Positions 23,322 to 34,800 of a DNA stretch of 64,000 nucleotides are shown piece by piece. Every line of letters begins with the position of its first letter. The stretch's first letter is position 1. Position numbers and translations under genes: made by a program. Below the pieces are notes generated by a model. It did not search any database and had not been told where the DNA came from. It saw nothing but the letters and a program-made list of their open reading frames with translations. Location: NCBI GenBank assembly GCA_964016885.1, contig OZ024744.1, positions 64,418,001-64,482,000 on the forward strand. Reading direction: 5' to 3'. This DNA is from Eledone cirrhosa (lineage: Eukaryota).

Positions 23322-23490
23322 AGGCAGCGAATTGGCAGAGTCGTTATGATGTCGGATAGAATACTTTATGGTATTCGTCCCACCTCATTGCACGTTCTGA
23401 GTTCAAATTCCGCCATGGTCAACTTTGCCTTTCATCCTTTCATGGTCATGGTTGATAAAAAAAGTACCAGTCTAGTACTGGGGTCGATTC
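23322..23490 (+). mobile_element. tRNA-derived SINE (family B-like)
   Basis: TGGCAGAGTCG, GAGTTCAAATTCC and CTTTGCCTTTCATCC...AAGTACCAG. Confidence 0.8.
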
Positions 23491-23637
23491 TTCCTCTATA
23501 GAAAAAACGAGAGGTGTTCAGACCTGGAGAAGGTTGGGCTCTGCCAAGTTTAAAAAGTGCCTTTAACACGCCATATGATGGTACCTCTACGACTCCACAA
23601 GGAGTTAGGGGTTACTTTATATATATATATATGTATA

Positions 23638-25237
23638 TCATCATCATTTTACGTCCGCTCTTCCCTGCTCGCAAGGGTGGGACGGGTCTTATTCAGCACA
23701 GCATCTCTCCACTCGTCATGGTCCTTCGTCATCTCCACTGTGAGCTTCAGCGATCTGAGATCTGTTCTCACCACCTCCGCCCATGTTTTTCGTGGTCTAC
23801 CTCTACCACGGCTTCCTTCAACTGGCATTTCCTGGCACTTCTTCACCCATCGGTCATCCTCCATGCGCATCACATGTCCATACCACCTCAGTCTCCTCTC
23901 CCGTACACTACATTCTATCCCTCTCAGACACAGTTTCTCTCTCAACACATTCATGCTGGGTCGTTCACGCACATTTACACTGCACATCCAACGGAGCATG
24001 CTTGCCTCATTTCTCTCCAGCCGTCGCATATCCTCTGCAGTTGCTGCCCATGTCTCACTACCATGCAGCATCGCGCTCCTCACACAGGCATCATACAACC
24101 GGTCTTTCGTACGCAGGGAGAAACGCTTCTTCGTTAGCAGAGGAAGCAGCTCCCTAAACTACTTCCAACCCGTCCTTATTCTAGATACTATGGCCTCGGA
24201 ACACCCTCCTCCCATGCTAATCTGATCTCCTAGGTACCGAAAGCTATCCACCACTTCTATAGCACCCTCCTGCATTTGAAAAATGTGTCTATCAATGCGA
24301 CTTCTACTGTCTAATTTCCCTGTACATCTACTGCATACATATTTCTCCCTACCTGTTAGTTTGCCTGCTATCCCGCTACATCTCTTGTGAACCCAGGATC
24401 TGCATTGTATGCATTTTATAGAATTTATGCCAGTTCCTTTTCTGCATATCGAACATGGCCATTTCCCTGACGGAATCAGAGTTTTGTCCTCTTTTTTACT
24501 CATCAACACTTTTGTCTTAGCTAGGTTCACTCTATGTTTCCATAGTCAGAATTTATTCTCTAGCTCCTCTACATAGAGAAGTTCCCATGGACAGCCAGTT
24601 TTAAACTCCTCTGTTATGGCTTGGAGGACTATAATGAACAAGAACAGGCTGAGGACCGAACTTTGATGTACTTCTACTTGTATCTGGAATTCCTCACTAA
24701 ACTCCATTCCTACCCTGACTTTACTGACAGTACCTCTGTACAAAGTTTGCACTGTCCTCACAAGCCATTCCTCAAGGACCACCAGATGACAGATCTGGGT
24801 ACCCTATCAAAGCCTTCTCTAGGTCAACAAAAGCTAAGTATAGTGGCTTATTTTTCTCTAAGAACCTCTCTTGCAATTGTCTCACCAAGAAGAGGGCATC
24901 TGTCGTACTCTTCCCAGGCACAAAACCAAACTGCATCTCATCTAGTTTGACCCTTTCTCTAATTAGTTGTGCTAATATCCTTTCTGCCACTTTCATAACC
25001 TGATCCATCAGTTTTATACCCCTATAATTGCCCCTCTCCAGAGCATCCCCTTTACCTTTGTAGCAATTTATGAGAATACTGCTGCACCAGTTTTTGGGTA
25101 TGACACCCCCATATATAGCCTGATTGATGATGCGTGCAACCAGTTTAGTGCCTACATCCCCTGATTTCCTTAATCGCCTCTTGGACCCTATATTCGTCAA
25201 TCTCAATAGCTGGTCCCTCTGTCAGATCTACTAAGGG

Positions 25238-25238
<1 letters not shown>
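23638..25238 (-). mobile_element. 5'-truncated RTE-clade LINE (RT core, Cys/His finger, C-terminus), disabled
   Basis: Minus-strand ORFs give YKGKGD..NYRGIKL, QFGFVPGKSTTDA, AFVDLEKA, VHQSSVLS, PWELLY (DD lost), WPCSICRKG..C..C..WVHKRC, HGSETW and RWYGHV. There are frameshifts, a (TGA)n tail and (TA)n on both sides. Confidence 0.92.
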
Positions 25239-25288
<50 letters not shown>

Positions 25289-25477
25289 TATATATATATA
25301 TATACACCTTGCAAGCAGGGAAAAGCGGACGTAAAATGATGATGATGATATAACAGCTAGTTCCAGACTGGAAGAGCCCAGCTGTCGGAGTCTTAACTCA
25401 TTCATATACCTTTATTGTACTATCCCAAGTAAAAAGTACTCTGGTCTAGCTATATATATATATATATATATATATAT

Positions 25478-26614
25478 ACTAGCAGCAGGACCCGGCGTTG
25501 CACGGGGTAGGAAACGTGAAATAGCAACACGCATATATGCAAAGATTGAGGAATGTAGCTGTGTACTTTTTGAATTCCCTTATTTTCAGGGAACGATTGT
25601 TCATCTACTGGAAACATAAAACACCAGCAGGCCTGAATCGTGAAACATCTGCATGCATGTGCAAAATCTGAAGAAAATCAGCTAAATACTCTTTAAGCGT
25701 ACTAAATTTTAGAGTATGATTTTTCTTCCATTTGGAGAAAATCGGTTAAGTTCTTTTTGAGTTTTATAGATTCACACCCAGTCATCTGGACAGAGATCAT
25801 CTGAAGGACCAATGTAGTCAATTGTGTGAAAACCAAGTAGGGATGTACATTTAAGTAGGGATATTGAGATGATGAAATCACCGTGGCAACGCAGCTGCAG
25901 CAGAAGAGTGTCATAGTGCAATTAGCACAAACGCTGGGCAGCACTGGTTGCACTGCGTTTTCACAGCAACAAAGGTGCGACAAAAGGGGTCACCGCGGAA
26001 TTAGCACAACTGCTGTTCAGCATACTTGTGCAGGGCGTTCATACTACGGTGTAGGTGCAACAAAAGGGGTCTTAGTAGAAGTATAAGTGAGTTTTACGGT
26101 ATCAATAACACGGCAACGTACACAGGGCTTGGATTTGCATGTGATGAAAGCATGAAGCGTCAACAGAGCGCCGACAAAAATGTTAAGGTCCTTCTCATTT
26201 CCTCAATCCCCCGAAAATGGTCCTGCTTAAAAGTAAGTAGGTGTTGTGTCCTCTGTTAAATAAACCAAATTTTTAACAAAATATTATACGCTACTTACGA
26301 TGTTTAAGTAGCGTTTATATTGAAAATGAAAATGGCATGTAATGCCCAATGCTAATTCGTAAATTTCCTAGAAACTATTAATCAAATCGGAAAATGGATT
26401 ATCTTTAAGTTACGCCTCAAAAGAGCCGAAAAATGCCTTAAAATTGTGGTTTTTTGCTTAATGCGGGGCCCTAGAGTAGAAAAAGTTCAAAATTTTTTAG
26501 CCATAACACTTCAAAAAATATAAGTAACGCATGTATAAAGTTTGAAAAATATCGGTCGGGTATTTCGAGTTTTAGGGATTTACACAGACAGACAGACAGA
26601 CAGGCATCCTCTGT

Positions 26615-26620
<6 letters not shown>
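25478..26620. mobile_element. Non-autonomous Helitron/Helentron (DINE-1-like) element inserted in (TA)n
   Basis: Starts ACTAGCAGCAGGACCCGGCGTTGCACGGG (subterminal hairpin) and ends with AAAGTTTGAAAAATATCGGTC..(ACAG)n...TTTT. (TA)n on both flanks. Confidence 0.7.
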
Positions 26621-26674
<54 letters not shown>

Positions 26675-26694
26675 ATATGTGTTTATTTTCACAG

Positions 26695-26784
26695 GTTTTA
26701 TTTTAAAAATCAGGCGAAGATATTTGTTGACTGCTTCCACCTATTTATTTCCTGCACACACCTGCACTCCAGTTAGGACATCTG
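26695..26784 (+). other. Candidate isolated 90-bp internal exon
   Basis: TTTATTTTCACAG| ... CTG|GTGAGT consensus splice sites, with one frame open (phase 1-1). Confidence 0.35.
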
Positions 26785-27049
26785 GTGAGTACCCCCACCA
26801 TAAATCAAGAAGAGTAATGGTGATATGTAGAGGAGTAGATGGGGGTGGTAGAGTATAAGTAGGATGAGGATGAATCAAAGAACATAAATGAACTAAATAA
26901 GCACGAGATAGCTAAGTAGTAATATGATAGTTGATATGTCAGACACACCTAATAGCTAATCTAGGAATATTGGTAGTGGCAGATTCCCTTAATTTCTTTA
27001 GATTGTGATTTTTCAGGGAATTATTTTACTGAAAATACCACAATCAGCC

Positions 27050-27328
27050 CCCCACCCCACCACCACCACTGTAGCAGCTACCACCATCACTACCTCCTCT
27101 CTTACCTCAATCACTTCCCCCACCACCCCTGCAGCAGCAACATCTGCCATTGCTCCTCTCCCCCACTTCATCCTGCAGTTACTGTTATTATCACTACCAC
27201 CTCCGTCACCCCCACCACCGTCACTCCCACCACCAGTACTGCCTCCTTGACCACTGCATCCACCACCATCACTACACCACTACAACCTGACACCTCCACC
27301 ACCACCATCACCCCCACTACTGCAGTGT

Positions 27329-27374
<46 letters not shown>

Positions 27375-28230
27375 TATGTCTGTGAGTGTGTTTATATTTA
27401 TATACTCATACATATAAATGTATGCATTTGCACATATACGTCGGCATATGGAAAACATTTCTAGTATAATAAAATGTGTGTGTGGTGTAGTAAATAAACA
27501 TATAGATATACACCAGGTCAGAACACAAAGGAGCCAAACTCCCACTGTTACCGTCTCGCCCGAACTCACACTACCTCGAGTAAATGCGGGCTCGAGAATA
27601 GAGAAGATGTTTTCCTGGATGATGGTGAGGGAGATGCGCTGGAAAAGCCATTCTAGCTCACACCTGCGGGTAGCCAACTCTGTGCCGATGGTGGTGAGTA
27701 AGGAGATGGCCCTAGGGCCAAGGACACCAGAAGTCTCAACCAGAAGAGCAACCGATATTTGGAGATTGTAATAGTGTTAGTGTTTGTCATAGTGATACTG
27801 ATGTTGAGTATGATAGTGGTGATAGTGAAAGTAGCAATCTGTGTGGTAGTGATGGTTGGTGGTTTATGACAATAGTCATAGTGTTAGTAGATTGATAATT
27901 TTCATAATGGTGATGGTGGTGGTGTGTGTAGTTGTGGTGCCATTTACGATGGTTTACAGTGGTAGTAGTGTTTGAAGTTGTGGTGGTGGTGTGTGTGTGC
28001 AGTTGTAGCATTTACAGTGGTGTGTGTGCAGTGATGGTGGCCGTGTGTCTGTAATGATAGTGGTAGTGTGTGTAATAGTGGTTTTTGTGATAGCGGTGGA
28101 GGTGCTGGTGATGGCATTTGTGATAGCAATGATTTTGATTTGTGAAGTAAGCCATGGTAAATATATATGTAACAGTGGTGGTGGTGATCTATATGTGTTA
28201 GTGATAGTGATAGTTGGTGAGATAGCAATT
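27050..28230. repeat. Low-complexity tracts: (CAC/ACT)-rich 27050-27325, (TG)n 27331-27370, (GTG/GTA)-rich 27780-28230
   Basis: Seen directly. These explain the Thr/Pro/His/Val-rich ORFs. Confidence 0.9.
27510..27770 (-). mobile_element. CRE-clade non-LTR retrotransposon 3' fragment (restriction-like endonuclease C-terminus)
   Basis: The minus strand reads LLVETSGVLGPRAISLLTTIGTELATRRCELEWLFQRISLTIIQENIFSI, matching the CRE pattern VETxGxxG..A.....WLxQRxSxAxQxGNAxxI. Confidence 0.7.
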
Positions 28231-28819
28231 TAGAACTGGGTGGAATGGTAAAATCTTCAGTTATGATAAATGAATCAAATGTATATGTGAATTTTATAAA
28301 GAGGTGTAAGTATAATTATGTGATCATGTAGAGTTGGTTTTGTTCTAGAAGAGGTTCCAGAAGGGGAGATAATATAAAGGTAAGGGGAAGAGAAAGGTAG
28401 GGAAAATAAACAGATAAGAGTGGCAGATGGAAAAATTGAAGGAAAAAATAATGGTTTCTGATTTAGGCACAAGACCAACAATTTCGCAGTAGGGGAGGGT
28501 CGATTAAATCGGCTCCGAATGTAAAGAACCGTAACTCTATGTCACAAAGCATATTGTCCACTGTTCTAATGAACAATACTCTACTGCCATGAAGAGTATT
28601 GTTCAATATGGAAAAAAGAAAGATGCAGAGGAATGTGAAACAGAAAGCAGAGCTATATAGAAGAATTAGTGTGTGTGTGGGGGAGGGAGGGAGGGGGGCA
28701 ACAAAGGAGAGCCAATTTGAACAAGAAGAAAAGCTCAGATATCCATCCTATGAATATGAATGGCTTAGAATTTGGAGCATTTTCAAATAGTCTTCTGTTG
28801 GAATATGGTAAGAAGAAAA

Positions 28820-31800
28820 TATCTTAAACTGAGAGAGAACTAGGTCAGGGTTGTTGTTATCTTAAACAGAGAGAGGAAAAAATTAGGGTTGTTATCTTAG
28901 ACTGACAGAGGACTAGGTTAGGGTTGTCGTCATCTTAAATAGAGAGAGGACTAGGTTAGGGTAGTTATCTTAAACTGAGAGAGGACTAGGTTAGGGTTCT
29001 TGTTATCTAAAACTGAGAGAGGACTGGGTTAGGGTTATCTTAAACTGAGAGATAACTAGGTCAGGGTTGTTGTCATCTTAAACAGAGAGAGGACTAGGTT
29101 AGGGTTGTTGTTATCTTAAACTGAGAGAGGACTAGGTCAGGGTTGTTGTTATCTTAAACTGAGAGGGAACTAGGTTGGGGTTGTTGTTATCTTAAACTGA
29201 GAGAGAACTAGGTCAGGGTTGTTGTTATCTTAAACAGAGAGAGGACTAGGTTGGGGTTGTTGTTATCTTAAACAGAGAGAGGACTAGGTTGGGGTTGTTG
29301 TTATCTTAAACTGAGAGAGAACTAGGTCAGGGTTGTTGTTACCTTAAACTAAGAGAGGACTAGGTCAGGGTTGTTGTTATCTTAAACAGATAGAGGACTA
29401 GGTTAGGGTTGTGGTCCTCTTAAACAGAGAGAGGACTAGGTCAGGGTCGTGGTCCTCTTAAACTGAGAGGAAACTAGATTAGGGTTGTTGTCATCTTAAA
29501 CTGAGAGAGAACTAGGCCAGGGTTGCTGTCATCTTAAACTGAGAGAGGACAAGGTTATGGTTGTTGTTATCTTAAACAGAGAGAGGACTAGGTTGGGGTT
29601 GTTGTTATCTTAAACTGAGAGAGGACTAGGTTAGGGTTGTTGTCATCTTAAACTGAGAGAGAACTAGGTCACGGTTGTTATCTTAAACAGAGAGAACTAT
29701 GTCAGAATTGTTATTATCTTAAACAGAGAGAACTAGGTTAGAGTTGTCATCTTAAACTGAGAGAGGACTAGGTTAGGGTTGTGGTCCTCTTAAACTGAGA
29801 GAAATAGGTTAGGGTTGTTGTCATCTTAAACTGAGAGAGAACTAGGTCAAGGTTGATGTTATGTTAAACAGAGAGACGACTAGCTTAGGGTTGTTGTCAT
29901 CTTAAACAGAGAGAGGACTAGATTAAGGTTGTTGTCATCTTAAACTGAGAGAGGACTAGGTCAGGGTTGTTGTTACCTTAAACTGAGAGAGGACTAGGTC
30001 AGAGTTGTTGTTACCTTAAACTGAGAGAGGACTAGGTCAGGGTTGTTGTTATCTTAAACAGAGAGAGAACTAGGTCAGGGTTGTTGTTATATTAAATTAA
30101 GAGAGAACTAGGTCAGGGTTGTTGTCATCTTAAACAGAGAGAGGAATAAGTCAGGGTTGTTATCTTAAATTGAGAGAGGACTAGGTTAGGGTAATTGTTA
30201 TCTTAAACTGAGAGAACTAGGTCAGGGTTGTTGTTACCTTAAACTGAGAGAGGGCTAGGACATGGGTTGTTGTTATCTTAAACAGAGAGAGGAATAGGTT
30301 AGGGTTGTTGTCATCTTAAACAGAGAGAGGACTAGGTTAGGGTTGTTGTAATCTTAAACTGAGAGAGAACTAAGTCACGGTTGTTATCTTAAACAGAGAG
30401 AACTAGGTTAGATTTGTCATCTTAAACTGAGAGAGGACTAGGTCAGGGTTGTTGTTATATTAAATTAAGAGAGAACTAGGTCAAGTTTGATGTTATGTTA
30501 AACAGAGAGAGGACAAGCTTAGGGTTGTTGTCATCTTAAACTGAGAGAGGACTAGGTCAGGGTTGTTGTTACCTTAAACTAAGAGAGGACTAGGTCAGGG
30601 TTGTTGTTACCTTAAACTGAGAGAGGACTAGGTCAGGGTTGTTGTTATCTTAAACAGAGAGAACTAGGTCAGGGTTGTTGTTATCTTAAACAGAGAGAAC
30701 TAGGTCAGGGTTGTTGTTATCTTAAACTGAGAGAGAACTAGGTCAGGGTTGTTGCTATCTTAAACAGAGAGAGGACTAGGCTAGGGTTGTTGTTATTTTA
30801 AACTGAGAGAGTAATAGGTTAGGGTTGTTGTCATCTTAAACAGAGAGGAATAGGTTAGGGTTGTTGTCATCTTAAACAGAGAGAGGACTAGGTTAGGGTT
30901 GTTGTCATCTTAAACTGAGAGAGAACTAGGTCACGGCTGTTATCTTAAACAGAGAGAACTATGTCAGAATTGTTATTATCTTAAACAGAGAGAACTAGGT
31001 TAGATTTGTCATCTTAAACTGAAAGAGGACTAGGTCAGGGTTGTTGTTATATTAAATTAAGAGAGAACTAGTTCAAGGTTGATGTTGATAAACAGAGAGA
31101 GGACTAGCTTATGGTTGTTGTCATCTTAAACTGAGAGAGGACTAGGTCAGGGTTGTTGTTACCTTAAACTGAGAGAGGACTAGGTCAGGGTTGTTGTTAT
31201 ATTAAATTAAGAGAGAACTAGGTCAAGGTTGATGTTATGTTAAACAGAGAGAGGACTAGCTTAGGGTTGTTGTCATCTTAAACAGAGAGAGGACTAGATT
31301 AGGGTTGTTGTCATCTTAAACTGAGAGAGGACTAGGTCAGGGTTGTTGTTACCTTAAACTGAGAGAGGACTAGGTCAGGGTTGTTGTTATCTTAAACAGA
31401 GAGAGAACTAGGTCAGGGTTGTTGTTATCTTGAACTGAGAGAGAACTAGGTCAGGGTTGTTGCTATCTTAAACAGAGAGGACTAGGCTATGGTTGTTGTT
31501 ATTTTAAACTGAGAGAGTAATAGGTTAGGGTTGGTTTTATCTTAAACAGAAAGAGAACTAGGTTAGAGTTGTTGTCATCTTAAACAGGGAGAGGACTAGG
31601 TTAGGGTTGTTGTTATGTAAAACTGAGAGAGGACTAGGTTAAGGTTGTTGTCATCTTAAACAGAGAGAGGAATAGGTTAGGATTGTTGTCATCTTAAACT
31701 GAGAGAGGACTAGGTTAGGGTTGTTGTCATCTTAAACAGAGAGAGGAATAGGTTAGGATTGTTGTCATCTTAAACTGAGAGAGGACTAGGTTAAGGTTGT

Positions 31801-34800
31801 TGTCATCTTAAACAGAGAGAGGAATAGGTTAGGGTTGTTGTCATCTTAAACTGAGAGAGGAATAGCTTAGGGTTGTTGTTATGTAAAACAGAGAGAGGAC
31901 TAGGTCAGAGTTGTTGTCATCTTAAACTGCGAGAGGACAAGGTTAGGGTAGTTGTTATCTTAAACTGAGAGAGAACTAGGTCAGGTTTGTTGTCATCTTA
32001 AACAGAGAGAGGAATAAGTCAGGGTTGTTATCTTAAATTGAGAGAGGACTAGGTTAGGGTAATTGTTATCTTAAACTGAGAGAGAAGTAGGTCAGGGTTG
32101 TTGTTACCTTAAACTGAGAGAGGGCTAGGTCATGGGTTGTTGTTATCTTAAACTGAGAGGAGACTAGGTTAGGGTTGTTGTCATCTTAAACAGAGAGAGG
32201 AATAGGTTAGGGTTGTTGTCATCTTAAACAGAGAGAGGACGAGGTTAGGGTTGTTGTCATCTTAAACTGAGAGAGAACTAGGTTAGGGTTGTTGTCATCT
32301 TAAACTGAGAGAGAACTAGGTTAGGGTTGTTGTTATCTTAAACAGAGAGAGGACGAGGTTAGGGTTGTTGTCATCTTAAACTGAGAGAGAACTAGGTCGC
32401 GGTTGTTATCTTAAACAGAGAGAACTATGTCAGAATTGTTATTATCTTAAACAGAGAGAACTAGGTTAGATTTGTCATCTTAAACTGAGAGAGGACTAGG
32501 TCAGGGTTGTTGTTATATTAAATTAAGAGAGAACTAGTTCAAGGTTGATGTTGATAAACAGAGAGAGGACTAGCTTATGGTTGTTGTCATCTTAAACTGA
32601 GAGAGGACTAGGTCAGGGTTGTTGTTACCTTAAACTGAGAGAGGACTAGGTCAGGGTTGTTGTTATATTAAATTAAGAGAGAACTAGGTCAAGGTTGATG
32701 TTATGTTAAACAGAGAGAGGACTAGCTTAGGGTTGTTGTCATCTTAAACAGAGAGAGGACTAGATTAGGGTTGTTGTCATCTTAAACTGAGAGAGGACTA
32801 GGTCAGGGTTGTTGTTACCTTAAACTGAGAGAGGACTAGGTCAGGGTTGTTGTTATCTTAAACAGAGAGAGAACTAGGTCAGGGTTGTTGTTATCTTGAA
32901 CTGAGAGAGAACTAGGTCAGGGTTGTTGCTATCTTAAACAGAGAGGACTAGGCTATGGTTGTTGTTATTTTAAACTGAGAGAGTAATAGGTTAGGGTTGG
33001 TTTTATCTTAAACAGAAAGAGAACTAGGTTAGAGTTGTTGTCATCTTAAACAGGGAGAGGACTAGGTTAGGGTTGTTGTTATGTAAAACTGAGAGAGGAC
33101 TAGGTTAAGGTTGTTGTCATCTTAAACAGAGAGAGGAATAGGTTAGGATTGTTGTCATCTTAAACTGAGAGAGGACTAGGTTAGGGTTGTTGTCATCTTA
33201 AACTGAGAGAGGAATAGCTTAGGGTTGTTGTTATGTAAAACAGAGAGAGGACTAGGTCAGAGTTGTTGTCATCTTAAACTGCGAGAGGACAAGGTTAGGG
33301 TAGTTGTTATCTTAAACTGAGAGAGAACTAGGTCAGGTTTGTTGTCATCTTAAACAGAGAGAGGAATAAGTCAGGGTTGTTATCTTAAATTGAGAGAGGA
33401 CTAGGTTAGGGTAATTGTTATCTTAAACTGAGAGAGAAGTAGGTCAGGGTTGTTGTTACCTTAAACTGAGAGAGGGCTAGGTCATGGGTTGTTGTTATCT
33501 TAAACTGAGAGGAGACTAGGATAGGGTTGTTGTCATCTTAAACAGAGAGAGGAATAGGTTAGGGTTGTTGTCATCTTAAACAGAGAGAGGACGAGGTTAG
33601 GGTTGTTGTCATCTTAAACTGAGAGAGAACTAGGTTAGGGTTGTTGTCATCTTAAACTGAGAGAGAACTAGGTTAGGGTTGTTGTTATCTTAAACAGAGA
33701 GAGGACGAGGTTAGGGTTGTTGTCATCTTAAACTGAGAGAGAACTAGGTCGCGGTTGTTATCTTAAACAGAGAGAACTATGTCAGAATTGTTATTATCTT
33801 AAACAGAGAGAACTAGGTTAGATTTGTCATCTTAAACTGAGAGAGGACTAGGTCAGGGTTGTTGTTATATTAAATTAAGAGAGAACTAGGTCAAGGTTGA
33901 TGTTATGTTAAACAGAGAGAGGACTAGCTTAGGGTTGTTGTCATCTTAAACTGAGAGAGGACTAGGTCAGGGTTGTTGTTACCTTAAACTGAGAGAGGAC
34001 TAGGTCAGGGTTGTTGTTACCTTAAACTGAGAGGACTAGGTCAGGGTTGTTGTTATCTTAAACAGAGAGAGGACTAGATTAGGGTTGTTGTCATCTTAAA
34101 CTGAGAGAGGACTAGGTCAGGGTTGTTATCTTAAACTGAGAGAGGACTAGGTCAGGGTTGTTGTTACCTTAAACTGAGAGAGGACTAGGTCAGGGTTGTT
34201 GTTACCTTAAACTGAGAGAGGACTAGGTCAGGGTTGTTGTTATATTAAATTAAGAGAGAACTAGGTCAAGGTTGATGTTATGTTAAACAGAGAGAGGACT
34301 ATCTTAGGGTTGTTGTCATCTTAAACTGAGAGAGGACTAGGTCAGGGTTGTTGTTACCTTAAACTGAGAGAGGACTAGGTCAGGGTTGTTGTTACCTTAA
34401 ACTGAGAGGACTAGCTCAGGGTTGTTGTTATCTTAAACAGAGAGAGGACTAGATTAGGGTTGTTGTCATCTTAAACTGAGAGAGGACTAGGTCAGGGTTG
34501 TTGTTATCTTAAACTGAGAGGGAACTAGGTTAGGGTTGTTGTTATCTTAAACTGAGAGAACTAGGTCAGGGTTGTTGTTACCTTAAACTGAGCGAGCACT
34601 AGGTTAGAGTTGTTGTTATCTTAAACTAGGTCAGGGTTGTTGTTATCTTAAACAGAGATAGGACTAGGTTAGGGTAATTGTTATGTTAAACTGAGAGGAG
34701 GCTAGGTTAGGGTTGTTCTCATCTTAAACTGAGAGAGGACTACGTCAGGGTAGTGGACTTGCTAAACAGAGAGAGGACTAGGTCAGGGTTGTTATCTAAA

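Noticed and set aside
27005-28233. Thr/Pro-, His- and Val-rich ORFs
   Set aside because: These are microsatellite and low-complexity translations. Only the CRE-like segment is meaningful.
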